This document shows, piece after piece, positions 11,721 to 22,090 of a stretch of DNA of 64,000 nucleotides. The translations under genes were made by a program, and so were the position numbers. The notes under the pieces were generated by a model. That model did not search any database, was not told the origin of the DNA, and worked only from the letters and a program-made list of their open reading frames with translations. Source of the DNA: an uncultured delta proteobacterium (GTDB lineage: Bacteria > Myxococcota > Myxococcia > Myxococcales > Myxococcaceae); NCBI GenBank assembly GCA_963713045.1, contig CAVQKE010000004.1, positions 1 through 64,000 on the forward strand. The letters are read 5' to 3'. Numbering within the stretch: position 1 is the first letter of the stretch; every line of letters begins with the position of its first letter.

Positions 11721-13007
11721 TTACGGCCCGGGGACGCAGTTCGGGAGCAAATTCGGCGGTGACAGCGCTGTCAGCGTGGTCTCGTCGGGGAAGCTGTAGG
11801 CGCCGTTGAGTGCAGGCGACGGAGATTCCCACGCAAACCACGGGAACAGCACTTCGTTTTGGACGTGGTAGGTGTGTTGGTGCTTTTGGATGGTGAAGAC
11901 GGCGTTGGATGACAGCCCCTCGATGACATCCCCCGTCTCGAGGTTGTTTTGGCAAAGGCCAGAGGGTGACAGGTACCAAGGGGTTGCATTGTCAACGAAG
12001 GGGTCGTTGAAGAGTTCCGAGATTTCATGACTGAGCGCGGTGACGTCCAGGAACCCACCGTTGAACAGCTCGGGCCCAATGTAGCTGGCATAGTTAAAGA
12101 CGTAGAGGCGCGGCAGGTTGCCATTGCTCGGAATGCCCGGCTCGAAGTCGTAGGTGTGGAAGCCGAGGACGCAGCAATTGTTGGGGTTCCCCCCCTCGTA
12201 CAAGTAGATGTTGTTGAACAGCAGGGTGCTGATGTCGCGCGTCGTCATGTCCCCTGCCAACTCGGCAGCGCCGATGACGGTGGTGTTGTCGACGGGGTAA
12301 GTGGGTGGAAAGAGTGCGTTTGAAAATGCGCCGTCGTCCACCTCGGCGCCGGCCAGACTTCCGTCGTTGTAATAGAAGTAGAACCAGTAGCCATATGGAA
12401 TCTGCATCGTGCGCGTCGTCTTGACCTCCGCGTCGAGCAGGTTGTGCCAGCCGTGGTCGCAGTCCCATCCGTCGTCATCCGAGCCAAGGCGGTTGAAGAA
12501 AGCGGCGCGCAGGATGGCGTCGGCCCACTCGGTCACGCCGTTGGTGTACGGCCAGTTCTCGAAGATGGGCGACTCCAAGACCCGGTGGAGGATTTGCCCC
12601 CTGGGGTCGAACACCAGTGGAGTGCCGTTGAAGGACGTCGCCACCTTGCCGTCGGGGCCGAGAAGTTCGACCACGACGGGGATGACGGGCGCGCGAAAGT
12701 GCGTCACCCGACCGGACTCGGGCGGCCGCCCCACCATGGCGTAGGGCCAGACGCTTTGGGGATTGCCGTTGCTGTCATAGCCGGGGAAAGTGAATTGCCC
12801 GGTCCAATTTTGAAGTGAGTCAATTCCGGGAACGCCTGTCCCGCCGCCGCCGCCCTGCCCATGGCGGCCGCCATAGCCCTTCACTCCGGCGCCGGCGGCG
12901 TCGCTATTGGTGCCGGAGTGGGGCTGGGCCAACTTCAATGCTGAGGCTGGGAGCGCTTTTGGGTCGGATGTCGCCGTCGCCAAAAGCGCGACTAGAAGAG
13001 TCAACAT
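11721..13007 (-). CDS. Secreted hypothetical protein with HExxE motif
   Basis: Signal peptide MLTLLVALLATA; CCVLGFH and ALSHEISELFNDP; strong coding bias. Confidence 0.75.
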   Translation of the reverse strand: MLTLLVALLATATSDPKALPASALKLAQPHSGTNSDAAGAGVKGYGGRHGQGGGGGTGVPGIDSLQNWTGQFTFPGYDSNGNPQSVWPYAMVGRPPESGRVTHFRAPVIPVVVELLGPDGKVATSFNGTPLVFDPRGQILHRVLESPIFENWPYTNGVTEWADAILRAAFFNRLGSDDDGWDCDHGWHNLLDAEVKTTRTMQIPYGYWFYFYYNDGSLAGAEVDDGAFSNALFPPTYPVDNTTVIGAAELAGDMTTRDISTLLFNNIYLYEGGNPNNCCVLGFHTYDFEPGIPSNGNLPRLYVFNYASYIGPELFNGGFLDVTALSHEISELFNDPFVDNATPWYLSPSGLCQNNLETGDVIEGLSSNAVFTIQKHQHTYHVQNEVLFPWFAWESPSPALNGAYSFPDETTLTALSPPNLLPNCVPGP

Positions 13008-13219
13008 AAAGTGTGTCCCCCTCTGGGGTGATGTGATGTGGGTCCGCAACCCTCACACGAGGCTGCCGAGAGATTCAAGCAGCAACATGCAGAGTGTCCT
13101 CCCGGTGGAATTCGCCGACGCCTGACGCGTCACAGCAGCGTGCGCAGCTTCTTTGGCACCATCGCCCAGCGGCCTGCTGCCTCGTCGCCCGCTCGGTGTC
13201 GGAAACGCCCCACCAGACT

Positions 13220-13840
13220 TTAGACGTAGCCGAGCAATTCGAAGAGTGCTGCCTTGGGCGCCAATGGAAACTGGGTGGAGCGGCTTCGATGGCAGCGGTC
13301 GCACACCAACGTGACATCTGTCTCGTACCGGTCGGGCAAAAACGGCCCTGGCCTTGCCGGTGACGGCGCAGCACAGGCGGCCGCCAACGCGACTGCATCG
13401 AGCCAGTGCTTCTCGTCGATGGGCGGCTTGGCGAGGGTCTGAAGCTTGTGCTCGAGCAGGCTGCGCGGGTCCAGGACAAGAAGGACTTCGCCTGCCACCA
13501 GCATGGACTTCGCCCGCGGCAGCGTGGCGGCGAGGTCAGGGAAGAAGTCCAGGCGGAGTCGCGTCCGTGGGTCGACAAGCTGCACCAGTGCCTTGGGCAC
13601 GCCCACCTGGGCCACATGGTAGTGCGACACCAGAAAGCCCAGCGCAACGCTGGGTGCAATCACGTCCAGGTCGCCCGCGATGAAGTCCACGTCAGTCAGG
13701 CGTTCCCGACGACCGGGTCGAGCGGCCGCGGCCAGATGGACTTCGATGGCGACGCTGCCGGTGAGAGCCAAGCGGCTGCGGTCCACATGCCGGAGTAGCC
13801 GGGAGAAACATGTGCCCAGACGCGTCGTGTCAGGTTCCAT
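13220..13840 (-). CDS. Putative nucleotidyltransferase (Pol-beta/AbiEii-like)
   Basis: LTGSVAI...RLTDVDF (GS..DxD); later RLDF, EHKL..K..D; C-terminal CxxC. Confidence 0.55.
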   Translation of the reverse strand: MEPDTTRLGTCFSRLLRHVDRSRLALTGSVAIEVHLAAAARPGRRERLTDVDFIAGDLDVIAPSVALGFLVSHYHVAQVGVPKALVQLVDPRTRLRLDFFPDLAATLPRAKSMLVAGEVLLVLDPRSLLEHKLQTLAKPPIDEKHWLDAVALAAACAAPSPARPGPFLPDRYETDVTLVCDRCHRSRSTQFPLAPKAALFELLGYV

Positions 13841-14280
13841 CGCAAACGAATCCCACTTCGGGATGACGCTGACGCGTCAGCGCTGAATCTCGGGAGGCGG
13901 TTGCCCGGTCGCCAGAGTTGGGGATTGGCAAAAATGCTTTCCGGACTTTTCGAGGGCGACGACGAGAACACGTTTACGGCAACAGCTCAGGAGTGCACGC
14001 TTCGGAGGCCACTCCCGGGGAGGTTGCGCTCAGGCTCCTCGCTCGACGAGCGCGTTGGCCATCCTCTCCGCCCCGCCGGACGGTTCGCGTCACCTTTGGA
14101 GCCTGCGTTTTCGCTTCTTTTCAAGAGCAGTTCATGCGGCGAAGGCTCCCCCTGCCCAGGATGCCTTGCCGCTCGCCCTCGTCCCGGGCCTCAAGCCAAC
14201 TAAAGCGGGGTAGACACCGTTCGCGAGTTGCCTTCTGATGTTGCTGACACTTGTCGGCCTGCGGAAACGGGGGGAGATGC

Positions 14281-16425
14281 GTGGTCCGGAAGCTCGCGCT
14301 GGCAGCGGTCGTGGCACTCACGTTGTCCAGCGCTGGTTGCCCGCCCGGTGCAACGGTCGTCATCAAGTCTTTCACAGCGACCCCGTCGAGCCTACCCTCA
14401 GCAGGGGGGAGCGTGACCCTCGCCTGGAGCGTGAGCGGCGCAACCGGGCTGAGCATCGACCACGGTGTGGGCGCGGTGGCGCCGGTGACGGTGGGGACTC
14501 TGTCGGTGAACGTCACTGCCTCAGCCACTTGGACTCTCACGGCGAGCGACGGCAGCGGGGTCAGTGCGGCGAGTGCGTCGGTGACGTTGGTCAGTCCAGC
14601 GGCTCCGCCAGCCATCACCAGCTTCAGCGCCACTCCGAGCAGCGTGCCGTCAGGGGGCGGAAGCGTCCTGCTCGCCTGGACCGTCAGCGGGGCAACGGGG
14701 CTGACCATCGACAACGGCGTTGGTGCAGTGGCATCGCTGACGGCGGGCAATGTGTTGGTCAATGTCACCTCGCCGGTCACCTTTACTTTGACGGCAAGCA
14801 ACGGCAACGGGGCGAGTACCGCCAGTGTGGCTGTGACCCAGAGACCCCCGGACGGGGGCCCGTCGGTGGCAGAGAATCTCGCCTGCGAGCAGCAACTGGG
14901 GATGCAATGGCTCTCGGCACCTCCCGCCGTTGGGATGGGCTCTCAGAATAGTGAGGCTGCCTACGAGAGTGTCCTCGGTGGCCTGATGGCGTCCTACGGC
15001 GTCCCAGGAGGCGCCATCGCGGTGACCCATAATGGGCAACTGGTGTTTACCCGCGCCATCGGATTCGCCGACGTCCTCGCGTCACAGCCAGCTCACCCCG
15101 GCCATCTGTTTCGCATCGCAAGCCTTACCAAGCAGCTCACGGCAACCGCCATCCTTCAACTGGTTGAGAAGGGCACGCTGTCGCTGGATGCCCCGGCCTT
15201 CAGCTATCTGCCGAACCTACTTCCACTTCCCGGAACGACAGTGAATCCCCAGCTGGCGTCGATTACCATCCGCAACCTCTTGAACCATACCGGCGGTTGG
15301 AACCGGGACTCCGAGGCCGTGGGCGACCCAATGTTCGACTCCATCGCCATTGCTGCGGCGCTCGGCGAGCCCGGGCCTGCAAGCGCCGATGACACAATCC
15401 GCTACATGCTCGACAAGCCGCTGACCTACACGCCTGGAACGACATATTGCTATTCGAATTTTGGATACGCCGTGCTCGGGGCCATCATCGAGCAGGTGAC
15501 GGGAAGCGCCTACCAGAGCTACCTGCAGCAGAACGTGCTCGCGCCGCAAGCCATCTCCGACACGGTCATTGGCGGTTCCCTGGAGTCAGACACCCTCCCC
15601 GAGGAAGTCACCTACTACGACTACCCGGGAGCGCCGCTCGCAACTTCAGTGTTTCCAAACGTGCCAAGCCCCGTTCCCTGGCCCTACGGCGGATTCAACA
15701 TGCAGGCGCTGAAGGCGCATGGGGGTTGGGTTGCGTCAGCAGTCGACATGCTCCGCTTTGCTTCTGGCGTGGACACGTACGTCGGACCGCCGACACTTAT
15801 CTCGCCGAGTAGCCTCAGCGAGATGCTGGCCAATCCAGGCGTCGCGCAGTGCAATCCCGACGGCAGCACGTCGCCCACGTCAACGGCCAGCTGGTACGGC
15901 TTCGGCTTCGAAGTGAATCAATACGGGAATTACTGGCATACCGGTTCGCTGCCAGGAACCGCGACAGAAGACGTCATCGCTAACAACACGTTTAACTTTG
16001 CCGCGTTTTTCAATACGCGTCCGGAGAACGCAAACCAATTTGCGACCGACTTGGACAACGACTTATGGACCGCCTTTAACGCTGTCCAGAGCTGGTCGAA
16101 CGAGAACTATTTCGACCAGTATGCTTCTTTCACCGGATGGTTGATGCCGGCAGCATACGCCGCGCAGGCAGCCATTGCGACGAGGGCAGGAGAGTATTCG
16201 GCCCGGGCGGAGGGTCGGCTGAACGATGGCGGCGTCGAATACCGAGCCACGTTCGTTCCGCTTCACCCGGGCAGCCAGGCAAATTCCGAAATTGGGGTGG
16301 ACTGCGTCACCTACCAAGCGCTGGCAGCCCAGGCCCGGCAGACCGGGCTCGGGCTGGTGAGCCTTCAGACGTTTACCGATGCCGACGGATTGACGAGGTA
16401 CCAGGCGACTTGGAAGTCCCGTTGA
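14281..16425 (+). CDS. Lipoprotein: two Ig-like modules, beta-lactamase-like serine hydrolase, and C-terminal BTRD1-like repeats
   Basis: Lipobox SAGC; SxxK (IASLTK), YSN, HTG; tail RAEG...YRATF and VSLQTF...RYQATW. Confidence 0.85.
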   Translation: MVRKLALAAVVALTLSSAGCPPGATVVIKSFTATPSSLPSAGGSVTLAWSVSGATGLSIDHGVGAVAPVTVGTLSVNVTASATWTLTASDGSGVSAASASVTLVSPAAPPAITSFSATPSSVPSGGGSVLLAWTVSGATGLTIDNGVGAVASLTAGNVLVNVTSPVTFTLTASNGNGASTASVAVTQRPPDGGPSVAENLACEQQLGMQWLSAPPAVGMGSQNSEAAYESVLGGLMASYGVPGGAIAVTHNGQLVFTRAIGFADVLASQPAHPGHLFRIASLTKQLTATAILQLVEKGTLSLDAPAFSYLPNLLPLPGTTVNPQLASITIRNLLNHTGGWNRDSEAVGDPMFDSIAIAAALGEPGPASADDTIRYMLDKPLTYTPGTTYCYSNFGYAVLGAIIEQVTGSAYQSYLQQNVLAPQAISDTVIGGSLESDTLPEEVTYYDYPGAPLATSVFPNVPSPVPWPYGGFNMQALKAHGGWVASAVDMLRFASGVDTYVGPPTLISPSSLSEMLANPGVAQCNPDGSTSPTSTASWYGFGFEVNQYGNYWHTGSLPGTATEDVIANNTFNFAAFFNTRPENANQFATDLDNDLWTAFNAVQSWSNENYFDQYASFTGWLMPAAYAAQAAIATRAGEYSARAEGRLNDGGVEYRATFVPLHPGSQANSEIGVDCVTYQALAAQARQTGLGLVSLQTFTDADGLTRYQATWKSR

Positions 16426-16458
16426 AGTACTGCTCAAGGCCCCGACGCTGAAGTGGCG

Positions 16459-16493
16459 CGAGCACCGGCCGTGCTACCGCCGACCGGTGCTCG
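16459..16493. terminator. Hairpin between convergent genes (putative bidirectional terminator)
   Basis: CGAGCACCGG...CCGGTGCTCG 10-bp inverted repeat. Confidence 0.55.
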
Positions 16494-16502
16494 AGAGAGT
16501 CG

Positions 16503-18641
16503 TTAGTCCGCAATTAACACAACATCAAATAGGTAACCGCCGACGCCGCCAGCAATCGAAGTCGGTTCCACCCTGGCGCTCGTGGGCCGTGCATGGTTTG
16601 TGTTTGCAAAGGTAACAATGTCGCTTCCGGAAAACCCATAAAGGTAGTACCAGCCAGCCGTTGCTGGTGCTCGTTCGGTGGCATCGTAGTTGCTAAGGCC
16701 AGGGTCGTCCGAATACGTCAAAAGCTGGGCGGAGTGGTTGCTGATGTCTGTGGCAAGAGCAGAATTAGTGATGCCGAACCACCAGGCCCAATAGGAAGCA
16801 GCCTCGACTCCAGTGTTCGAGATGGTGAGCACAGCATATTCAGTCGTGCCGTTGTTGTCCCAATTCTCCAAGTCGACGACCCGCTGATTGGACAGACCGT
16901 TGACGAAGGTTCCGACATACGACCCGCTCCCAGCAGCGAAATACCAGCCCAAATTATTCAATCCGGTGTTGTCAACCATGACGGACGCATAAAGCACCGT
17001 GGTCCCGTTGTAGTAGGGGCTCCAGCTAATCACACGGGAGTTGGTCAGGTGGGCTTCGAACTCGGCTGCCGTATCGCAGCAATACCAGTTCCACGTCGTA
17101 GCGTAGGCCCCGGTATTCGTTACAAAAATGACGCTGAAGTAGGGGACGCCGCTGACGACGGTTTGCACAGAAATGTCAACCGGACGTGCATTGTTATTGG
17201 TGAGCAAGGTATCCACCCCAGCCGCCGTCTCATTGTAGTACCAGCCCCAGGCCGTGGCGTCGCTCTGCTCGCGTTCAATGAGTCGGAGGTAGCTGAAGCC
17301 GCCAGCGAGGGTGGCCGATTGGGTGTCCGGATTGGTGACCGTGACGTCGACGGTGCCGAAGGACCCAGCGGGAGAGGTGGACGAGATGCTGGTGGCGCTA
17401 GTGAAGGTGACGCCGGTGGCCGCGACCGTGCCGAATTTGACGGTGGCTCCGGACTGGAAGTTGGCACCGGTAATGGTAACGACGGTCCCACCTGCCGTGA
17501 GTCCGCTTCCAGGAGAGACAGTCGTAATCGAGGGTCCTGGCAGGATGTAAGCGAAGCCGCCGCTGAGGGTGGCCGACTGGTGGTCGGGATTCGTGACTGT
17601 GACGGCGACCGCGCCTGCTGCTCCAGCGGGGGTGGTGGCGGAAATGCTGGTGGCGCTGTTGAAGGTGACGCCGGTGGCCGCTGCCGTACCGAATTGGACG
17701 GTGGCTCCGGACTGGAAGTTGGCACCGGTAATGGTGACCGCCGTCCCGCCTGCCACCGGTCCGCTGGAGGGAGAGACGCTCGTAATGGAGGGTGCTGGCA
17801 CAGTCGTGTAGGTGAAGCCACCGGTCAGCGTAGCGGCCTCTTCGTTGGAATTGGTCACCGTCACGTTAACTGCGCCTGCGGCTCCAGCGGGGGTGGTAGC
17901 CGAAATGCTGGTAGCGCTGTTGACGGTGACGCCGGTGGCCGCCGCCGAACCGAACGTCACCGTGGCTCCGGCCAGAAAGTTGGTTCCGGTAATGGTGACC
18001 GCGGTCCCGCCTGCCGTCGGTCCAGCTGAGGGAGAGACACTGGTGATGGTGGGGGGTGAAGCGGTCGTGAAGGTGAAACCTCCGGGCAGCGTGGCCGACT
18101 GTCCACCGGAATTGACTGTGACGGTGACGGCACCAGCTGAGCCAGCGGGAGTCGTGGCCGAAATGCTGGTGGCGCTGTTGACGGTAACGTCGGTGGCAGC
18201 TGCGGAGCCGAATTCCACCGTGGCTCCAGACTGAAAGTTGGTTCCAGTAATGGTGACGACGGTCCCACCGGACGTTGGTCCGGCTGAAGGCACGACGCTC
18301 GCGATGGTCGGCCCAGCCGTCGAGCCCACCGTCACCTGAACCATGCTGGTGCTGGTTCCGGAGGAGTTGGTGGCCGACAAGGTAAAGCTGGTCGTGGACG
18401 TCACGTTGGCACCAACGCTGCCTGACGTGGCGGGAGTCACAGCCCCCACGCCTTGATTGATGCTCAGCGACGTCGCCCCGTTGACGCTCCATGTCAGGGT
18501 GACCGCCCCCCCTCCGGAGGGCAAAGAGGTCGGGCTTGCTGAGAATTGGACGATGACCGGCGATTGTCCGCTACCGGGGCAACCGGAGAGCACCAGCCCC
18601 AGAGTCAAAGCTGCTGCGACGACGACGTTGGTTCGAATCAT
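16503..18641 (-). CDS. Surface lipoprotein: Ig-like module, four IPT/TIG domains, and about five ~50-aa Trp-rich (BTRD1-like) repeats
   Basis: Lipobox LSGC; four repeats PxITSVSPxxGPxxGGTxVTITGxNF...GGFxY; C-terminal WxWYY...RxxDI repeats. Confidence 0.85.
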   Translation of the reverse strand: MIRTNVVVAAALTLGLVLSGCPGSGQSPVIVQFSASPTSLPSGGGAVTLTWSVNGATSLSINQGVGAVTPATSGSVGANVTSTTSFTLSATNSSGTSTSMVQVTVGSTAGPTIASVVPSAGPTSGGTVVTITGTNFQSGATVEFGSAAATDVTVNSATSISATTPAGSAGAVTVTVNSGGQSATLPGGFTFTTASPPTITSVSPSAGPTAGGTAVTITGTNFLAGATVTFGSAAATGVTVNSATSISATTPAGAAGAVNVTVTNSNEEAATLTGGFTYTTVPAPSITSVSPSSGPVAGGTAVTITGANFQSGATVQFGTAAATGVTFNSATSISATTPAGAAGAVAVTVTNPDHQSATLSGGFAYILPGPSITTVSPGSGLTAGGTVVTITGANFQSGATVKFGTVAATGVTFTSATSISSTSPAGSFGTVDVTVTNPDTQSATLAGGFSYLRLIEREQSDATAWGWYYNETAAGVDTLLTNNNARPVDISVQTVVSGVPYFSVIFVTNTGAYATTWNWYCCDTAAEFEAHLTNSRVISWSPYYNGTTVLYASVMVDNTGLNNLGWYFAAGSGSYVGTFVNGLSNQRVVDLENWDNNGTTEYAVLTISNTGVEAASYWAWWFGITNSALATDISNHSAQLLTYSDDPGLSNYDATERAPATAGWYYLYGFSGSDIVTFANTNHARPTSARVEPTSIAGGVGGYLFDVVLIAD
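17290..18315 (-). repeat. Four tandem ~255-bp IPT/TIG-coding repeats
   Basis: Recurring GAAATGCTGGTGGCGCTGTTGA and GTGGCTCCGGACTGGAAGTTGGCACCGGTAATGGT blocks. Confidence 0.85.
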
Positions 18642-19247
18642 TTATCAACCCCCCTATGGTCTAAGAAAACGAAGCGACGACGCGACGCACGTTCCCGTGC
18701 GCGATGAAGGCTGGGGCTCGACTCCGCTTGGCGAACGAATTGGCGACGACTCGCCGGGAATGGGGTGGGGTGAGTCTGACCCTCGGAGCGGCGGCTTCTT
18801 TGCTTCTGCCGTCGGAGCCTGACCTGGGGCGCCAAGGGACTCGGCGTGGAAGGGGAAACGAGGCCTGCGCCGTCACCCAGGTGCGGAAATTCCCGTAGAC
18901 CGGCTCGACTCAGGGCATGGAACCCGGAGCTAGCGCGGAGGCGACGAATGCCTCTAACCATGCAGTTCCACCGAGAGTTCCGTTGACAACAGCTCCCCCC
19001 GAAGCGGCGCGAAGCCAACCTGAGGACTTCGCTGTTCCCTTAAGACGCTCGGGAGTGCCAAATCCCCTCAAGCCCTGCGCCGGTCTCAGCGCGTGCTTGA
19101 CTTGGCTTCCTCAGAAGCACCGCCGCCCGAGGCTGACGCGCGCGAACCGCACGGGGCACCTCCGTTTCCGGCGGAGAGATAGGGCTTCGGCGGCACCGGC
19201 CCGGACCCGCATTGTCCGTTCCCCTGTCATTCTCGGCACTTCCCCCA

Positions 19248-19311
19248 CGGTAGAACAGCGGAATCGAACCACCCGAGCGACGCTTGCGCGCCGCCCCACT
19301 GGTTTTGAAGA
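19248..19311 (-). repeat. Displaced 3' half of tRNA-Sec (anticodon loop to discriminator); att-site relic
   Basis: 60/64 identical to 22402-22465; identity stops just after the anticodon loop (TTTGAAGA). Confidence 0.9.
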
Positions 19312-19896
19312 GTAAAGGATTGCAAACATATTTCAGAGGAGAAATAGGGTTGCGGGGCTGGGACGCATTTCGGTACGCAGTCGCCGTGTCGAACTGGAAG
19401 GGACTGTGGCATGGCGGCAGGACGTCCACGACGAACACCGGGACCAGCTACGCCATCGAGAAGCAAATCAGCGAGCGGAGGTTCGGACTAACGCTGCCGG
19501 CGTCGGTGAACACTCCCGAACTTGCGACCATTGAGAGCTGCGACTGCTCCTTCAGGCGCCGGAGAGGTACGCGGCGACAGTCGGGGACCCGGGCCCAACA
19601 GTTGCGCCTGCGTCAACCAGTGCAGCGCTGCCTGATTTTCAGCGACACCTCACCGAGCGCGAATCGGCAGAGTACGCCGCGAGCGCCTACGCCTACGTGC
19701 TGTGGCGGCGTCGAGCGTTGTCGTCGAAAGGGCCCGACCGGGTTTCGCTCGCGCAGTTCAATACGCCACTGCAGACGGCAACGTCCGGTCTAAAGGGGAG
19801 GGTGATTGCGCTCAAGTCCTTCAGCCATTTTTCTCATGCTGCGGACCGTGCCCCTCCCGGAGCGAGGGTCCCGCCCACCTCCGTGGCAGTCCGAAG

Positions 19897-21744
19897 TCAC
19901 CTCGCGAATAGGTGGGCAACCTGGAACGTCAGCACCGCGGCGCTGTAGGCGAGCACCGTCATGCCGACGAAGGCGAGGACGGGAATGCGGGTGCTCCCGG
20001 TCTCTTTGCGCATGACGGCCAGGGTGGCGGCGCACTGCAGCGAAAGCGCATAGAAGACGAGGAGGGCAAGTGCGCCCGCAGCCGTCATGCCGCTTGTGTG
20101 CAGCTGCGTCGAGAGCGCCCTAAGGCGCTCTCCCGCATTCTCCAGGCCATACAGAGTGCCCAGCGTCCCGACGAAGACTTCTCGGGCAACGAAAGAGGTG
20201 AGGATGGCGACAGCACTCTTCCAGTCGGCGCCCATGGGCTGGAAGACAGGCTCGACCAACTTCCCGCTCCAGGCCAGCCACGACTGTTCGAGGTGTCCAG
20301 AACCCTTTGGGAAATACCCCAGCACCCAGACTGCAACGACGACCCAGAAGATGACCGGCGCCGCTCGCTGCACAAAGGCATATGAACGGCCGGCGGCAGC
20401 AAGAAAGATGGGTCGAATGCCGGGCACCCGGTACGGCGGGAGCTCGACCACGAAGGGGGCGTCGGCCATGACGTCTCCCTGCACCCAACGCGTCAACACG
20501 GCAGAGCTGAGCAGGGCCGCCAGGATGCCCAGCGCATAGACAGAAGTGAAGGCCAGACCTTGTAGCCCGACGGTTCCCCACAGCACCGTCTGGGCTGGCA
20601 CAAACCCTCCGATGATGAGCGCGTAGATGGGGAGGCGCGCCGAACACGACATGAACGGGATGACGAGGACGGTGAGCAGCCGGCGCCGCGGCGATTCGAT
20701 GGTTCGCGCTGCCATCATCGCGGGGATGGCGCAGGCATGACCGGAGAGGAGGGGAAGAAAGCTTCGACCCGAGAGCCCAAACCAGCCGAGCGGCCGGTGG
20801 AGGATGATGGCCGCCCGGGCGAGATAGCCCGAATCCTCGAGGACGCCGATGACGACGAAGAGGATGAAGATTTGCGGCACGAAGACGAGAAAGGAGCCCA
20901 CGCCTGCGAAGAGCCCGTCGCGGACGAAGTCCGCGGCGATGCCGGGTGGGAAGAGTGCCGCGGCCCAGCCTCCCGTCACCTCCACCAGCCGTCGCACCAA
21001 CGCCATCACCGGGGCGGCCCAGGTGAAGACGGCTTGAAAAAGCACCGTCATCACTGCCACAAAGATGGGCAGGCCGAGCCGCGGAGAGAGCACGAGCCGG
21101 TCCACACGCTCCTGGCTCCGCAGCAGCACCTCAGCGGAAGGCCCATACTGTCGCGCCAGCGCGGAGGCCCTCTGTTTGCGGTCCTCGAGTGAAACACTCG
21201 GCTGCGGGGCGGCAGCCGGTACGTGCCGCGGGCCGTGCCAGCGCTCGAGGGTGGAGCGCAGTTCGGCGAGGCCTTCTCCGGTTTTCGCCGAGACGGCGAC
21301 CACCTCACAGCCGAGGGCTCGCTGGAGCCCTTGGACGTCCACCTGGGCCCCCCGTGAAATGACTTCGTCGATGATGTTGACCGCGGCGAGGACAGGGACG
21401 GCTGCCGCTTGGGCTCGAGGTAGCAGCTCGAGCAGCAGATAAAGGCTTCGCTCGAGCCGAGTGGCGTCGAGGACGCACACAATTCCGTGCGTGGAGGCGG
21501 TCTCCAGTGCACCCTCCAACCGAGCGATGGCCACTCGCTCGTCGCTGGTAAGCGGCTCGAGGGAGTAGATGCCCGGGAAGTCCAGCATCGTCATTCCCGC
21601 CGTTCGGCCAGAGCGGACCTCCACCGTCACCCCGGGGTAATTGGCGACTTTTTGCTTCAGGCCAGTCAGTCGGCTGAAGAGAAGGCTCTTGCCCGAGTTG
21701 GGGTTTCCCACCAAGAGCACATCAGAGCGCTCAGCGGTTGCCAT
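19897..21744 (-). CDS. feoB: Ferrous iron transporter B
   Basis: GNPNSGKS, VANYPGVTVE, DFPGIYSL, LEDSGYLARAA, GHACAIPA, FMSCSARLP, FVVELPPY. Confidence 0.95.
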   Translation of the reverse strand: MATAERSDVLLVGNPNSGKSLLFSRLTGLKQKVANYPGVTVEVRSGRTAGMTMLDFPGIYSLEPLTSDERVAIARLEGALETASTHGIVCVLDATRLERSLYLLLELLPRAQAAAVPVLAAVNIIDEVISRGAQVDVQGLQRALGCEVVAVSAKTGEGLAELRSTLERWHGPRHVPAAAPQPSVSLEDRKQRASALARQYGPSAEVLLRSQERVDRLVLSPRLGLPIFVAVMTVLFQAVFTWAAPVMALVRRLVEVTGGWAAALFPPGIAADFVRDGLFAGVGSFLVFVPQIFILFVVIGVLEDSGYLARAAIILHRPLGWFGLSGRSFLPLLSGHACAIPAMMAARTIESPRRRLLTVLVIPFMSCSARLPIYALIIGGFVPAQTVLWGTVGLQGLAFTSVYALGILAALLSSAVLTRWVQGDVMADAPFVVELPPYRVPGIRPIFLAAAGRSYAFVQRAAPVIFWVVVAVWVLGYFPKGSGHLEQSWLAWSGKLVEPVFQPMGADWKSAVAILTSFVAREVFVGTLGTLYGLENAGERLRALSTQLHTSGMTAAGALALLVFYALSLQCAATLAVMRKETGSTRIPVLAFVGMTVLAYSAAVLTFQVAHLFAR

Positions 21745-22000
21745 GGCTCGCCAAAAGCCTCACGTGCACCTGTTCGGCCAGGGGAGCCTCCAGCGCGAAG
21801 GCAGCACCAGAGACGAAATAGACGCGGGGCCCGCCGAGTGGTGCCGCCCGGAGGCAGCGCACGAGCTCGCCTTGGCCAAACCCGAGTTCTCGTAGACGGC
21901 GCCGAACCTCCGGCCGAAGCCCGGCCGAGAGCGTCAGGACGCGGGCGTCCCTTCCCGGCACCAAGTCACGGAGTGTGGCCACCGTGTCTTCACTCGGCAT
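21731..22000 (-). CDS. feoA: Ferrous iron transport protein A
   Basis: RRRLRELGF..G...RAAPLGGP SH3-like FeoA pattern; overlaps the feoB start. Confidence 0.85.
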   Translation of the reverse strand: MPSEDTVATLRDLVPGRDARVLTLSAGLRPEVRRRLRELGFGQGELVRCLRAAPLGGPRVYFVSGAAFALEAPLAEQVHVRLLASHGNR

Positions 22001-22069
22001 TTGGCCTCGGCCCTGGAGCAAAGGAGGTCGCCCCAATCTGCTGCGAGAGCCAGCAAAGGCCGAGCCAAC

Positions 22070-22090
22070 GTTGATTCTCAATGGCATTTT
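22070..22090. promoter_or_regulatory. Possible Fur-type iron box upstream of feoA
   Basis: AT-rich TTGATTCTCAATGGCATTT resembles the 7-1-7 TGATAATnATTATCA motif; 70 bp upstream of feoA. Confidence 0.35.

Noticed and set aside
17290..18315. Regularly spaced repeats suggesting a CRISPR array
   Set aside because: They are in-frame IPT/TIG domain repeats of ~255 bp with no unique spacers; no cas genes are seen.
19312..19890. 169-aa ORF next to the 3' tRNA fragment as a possible integrase or excisionase
   Set aside because: It starts inside the tRNA fragment and has no recognisable motifs; probably decayed DNA.
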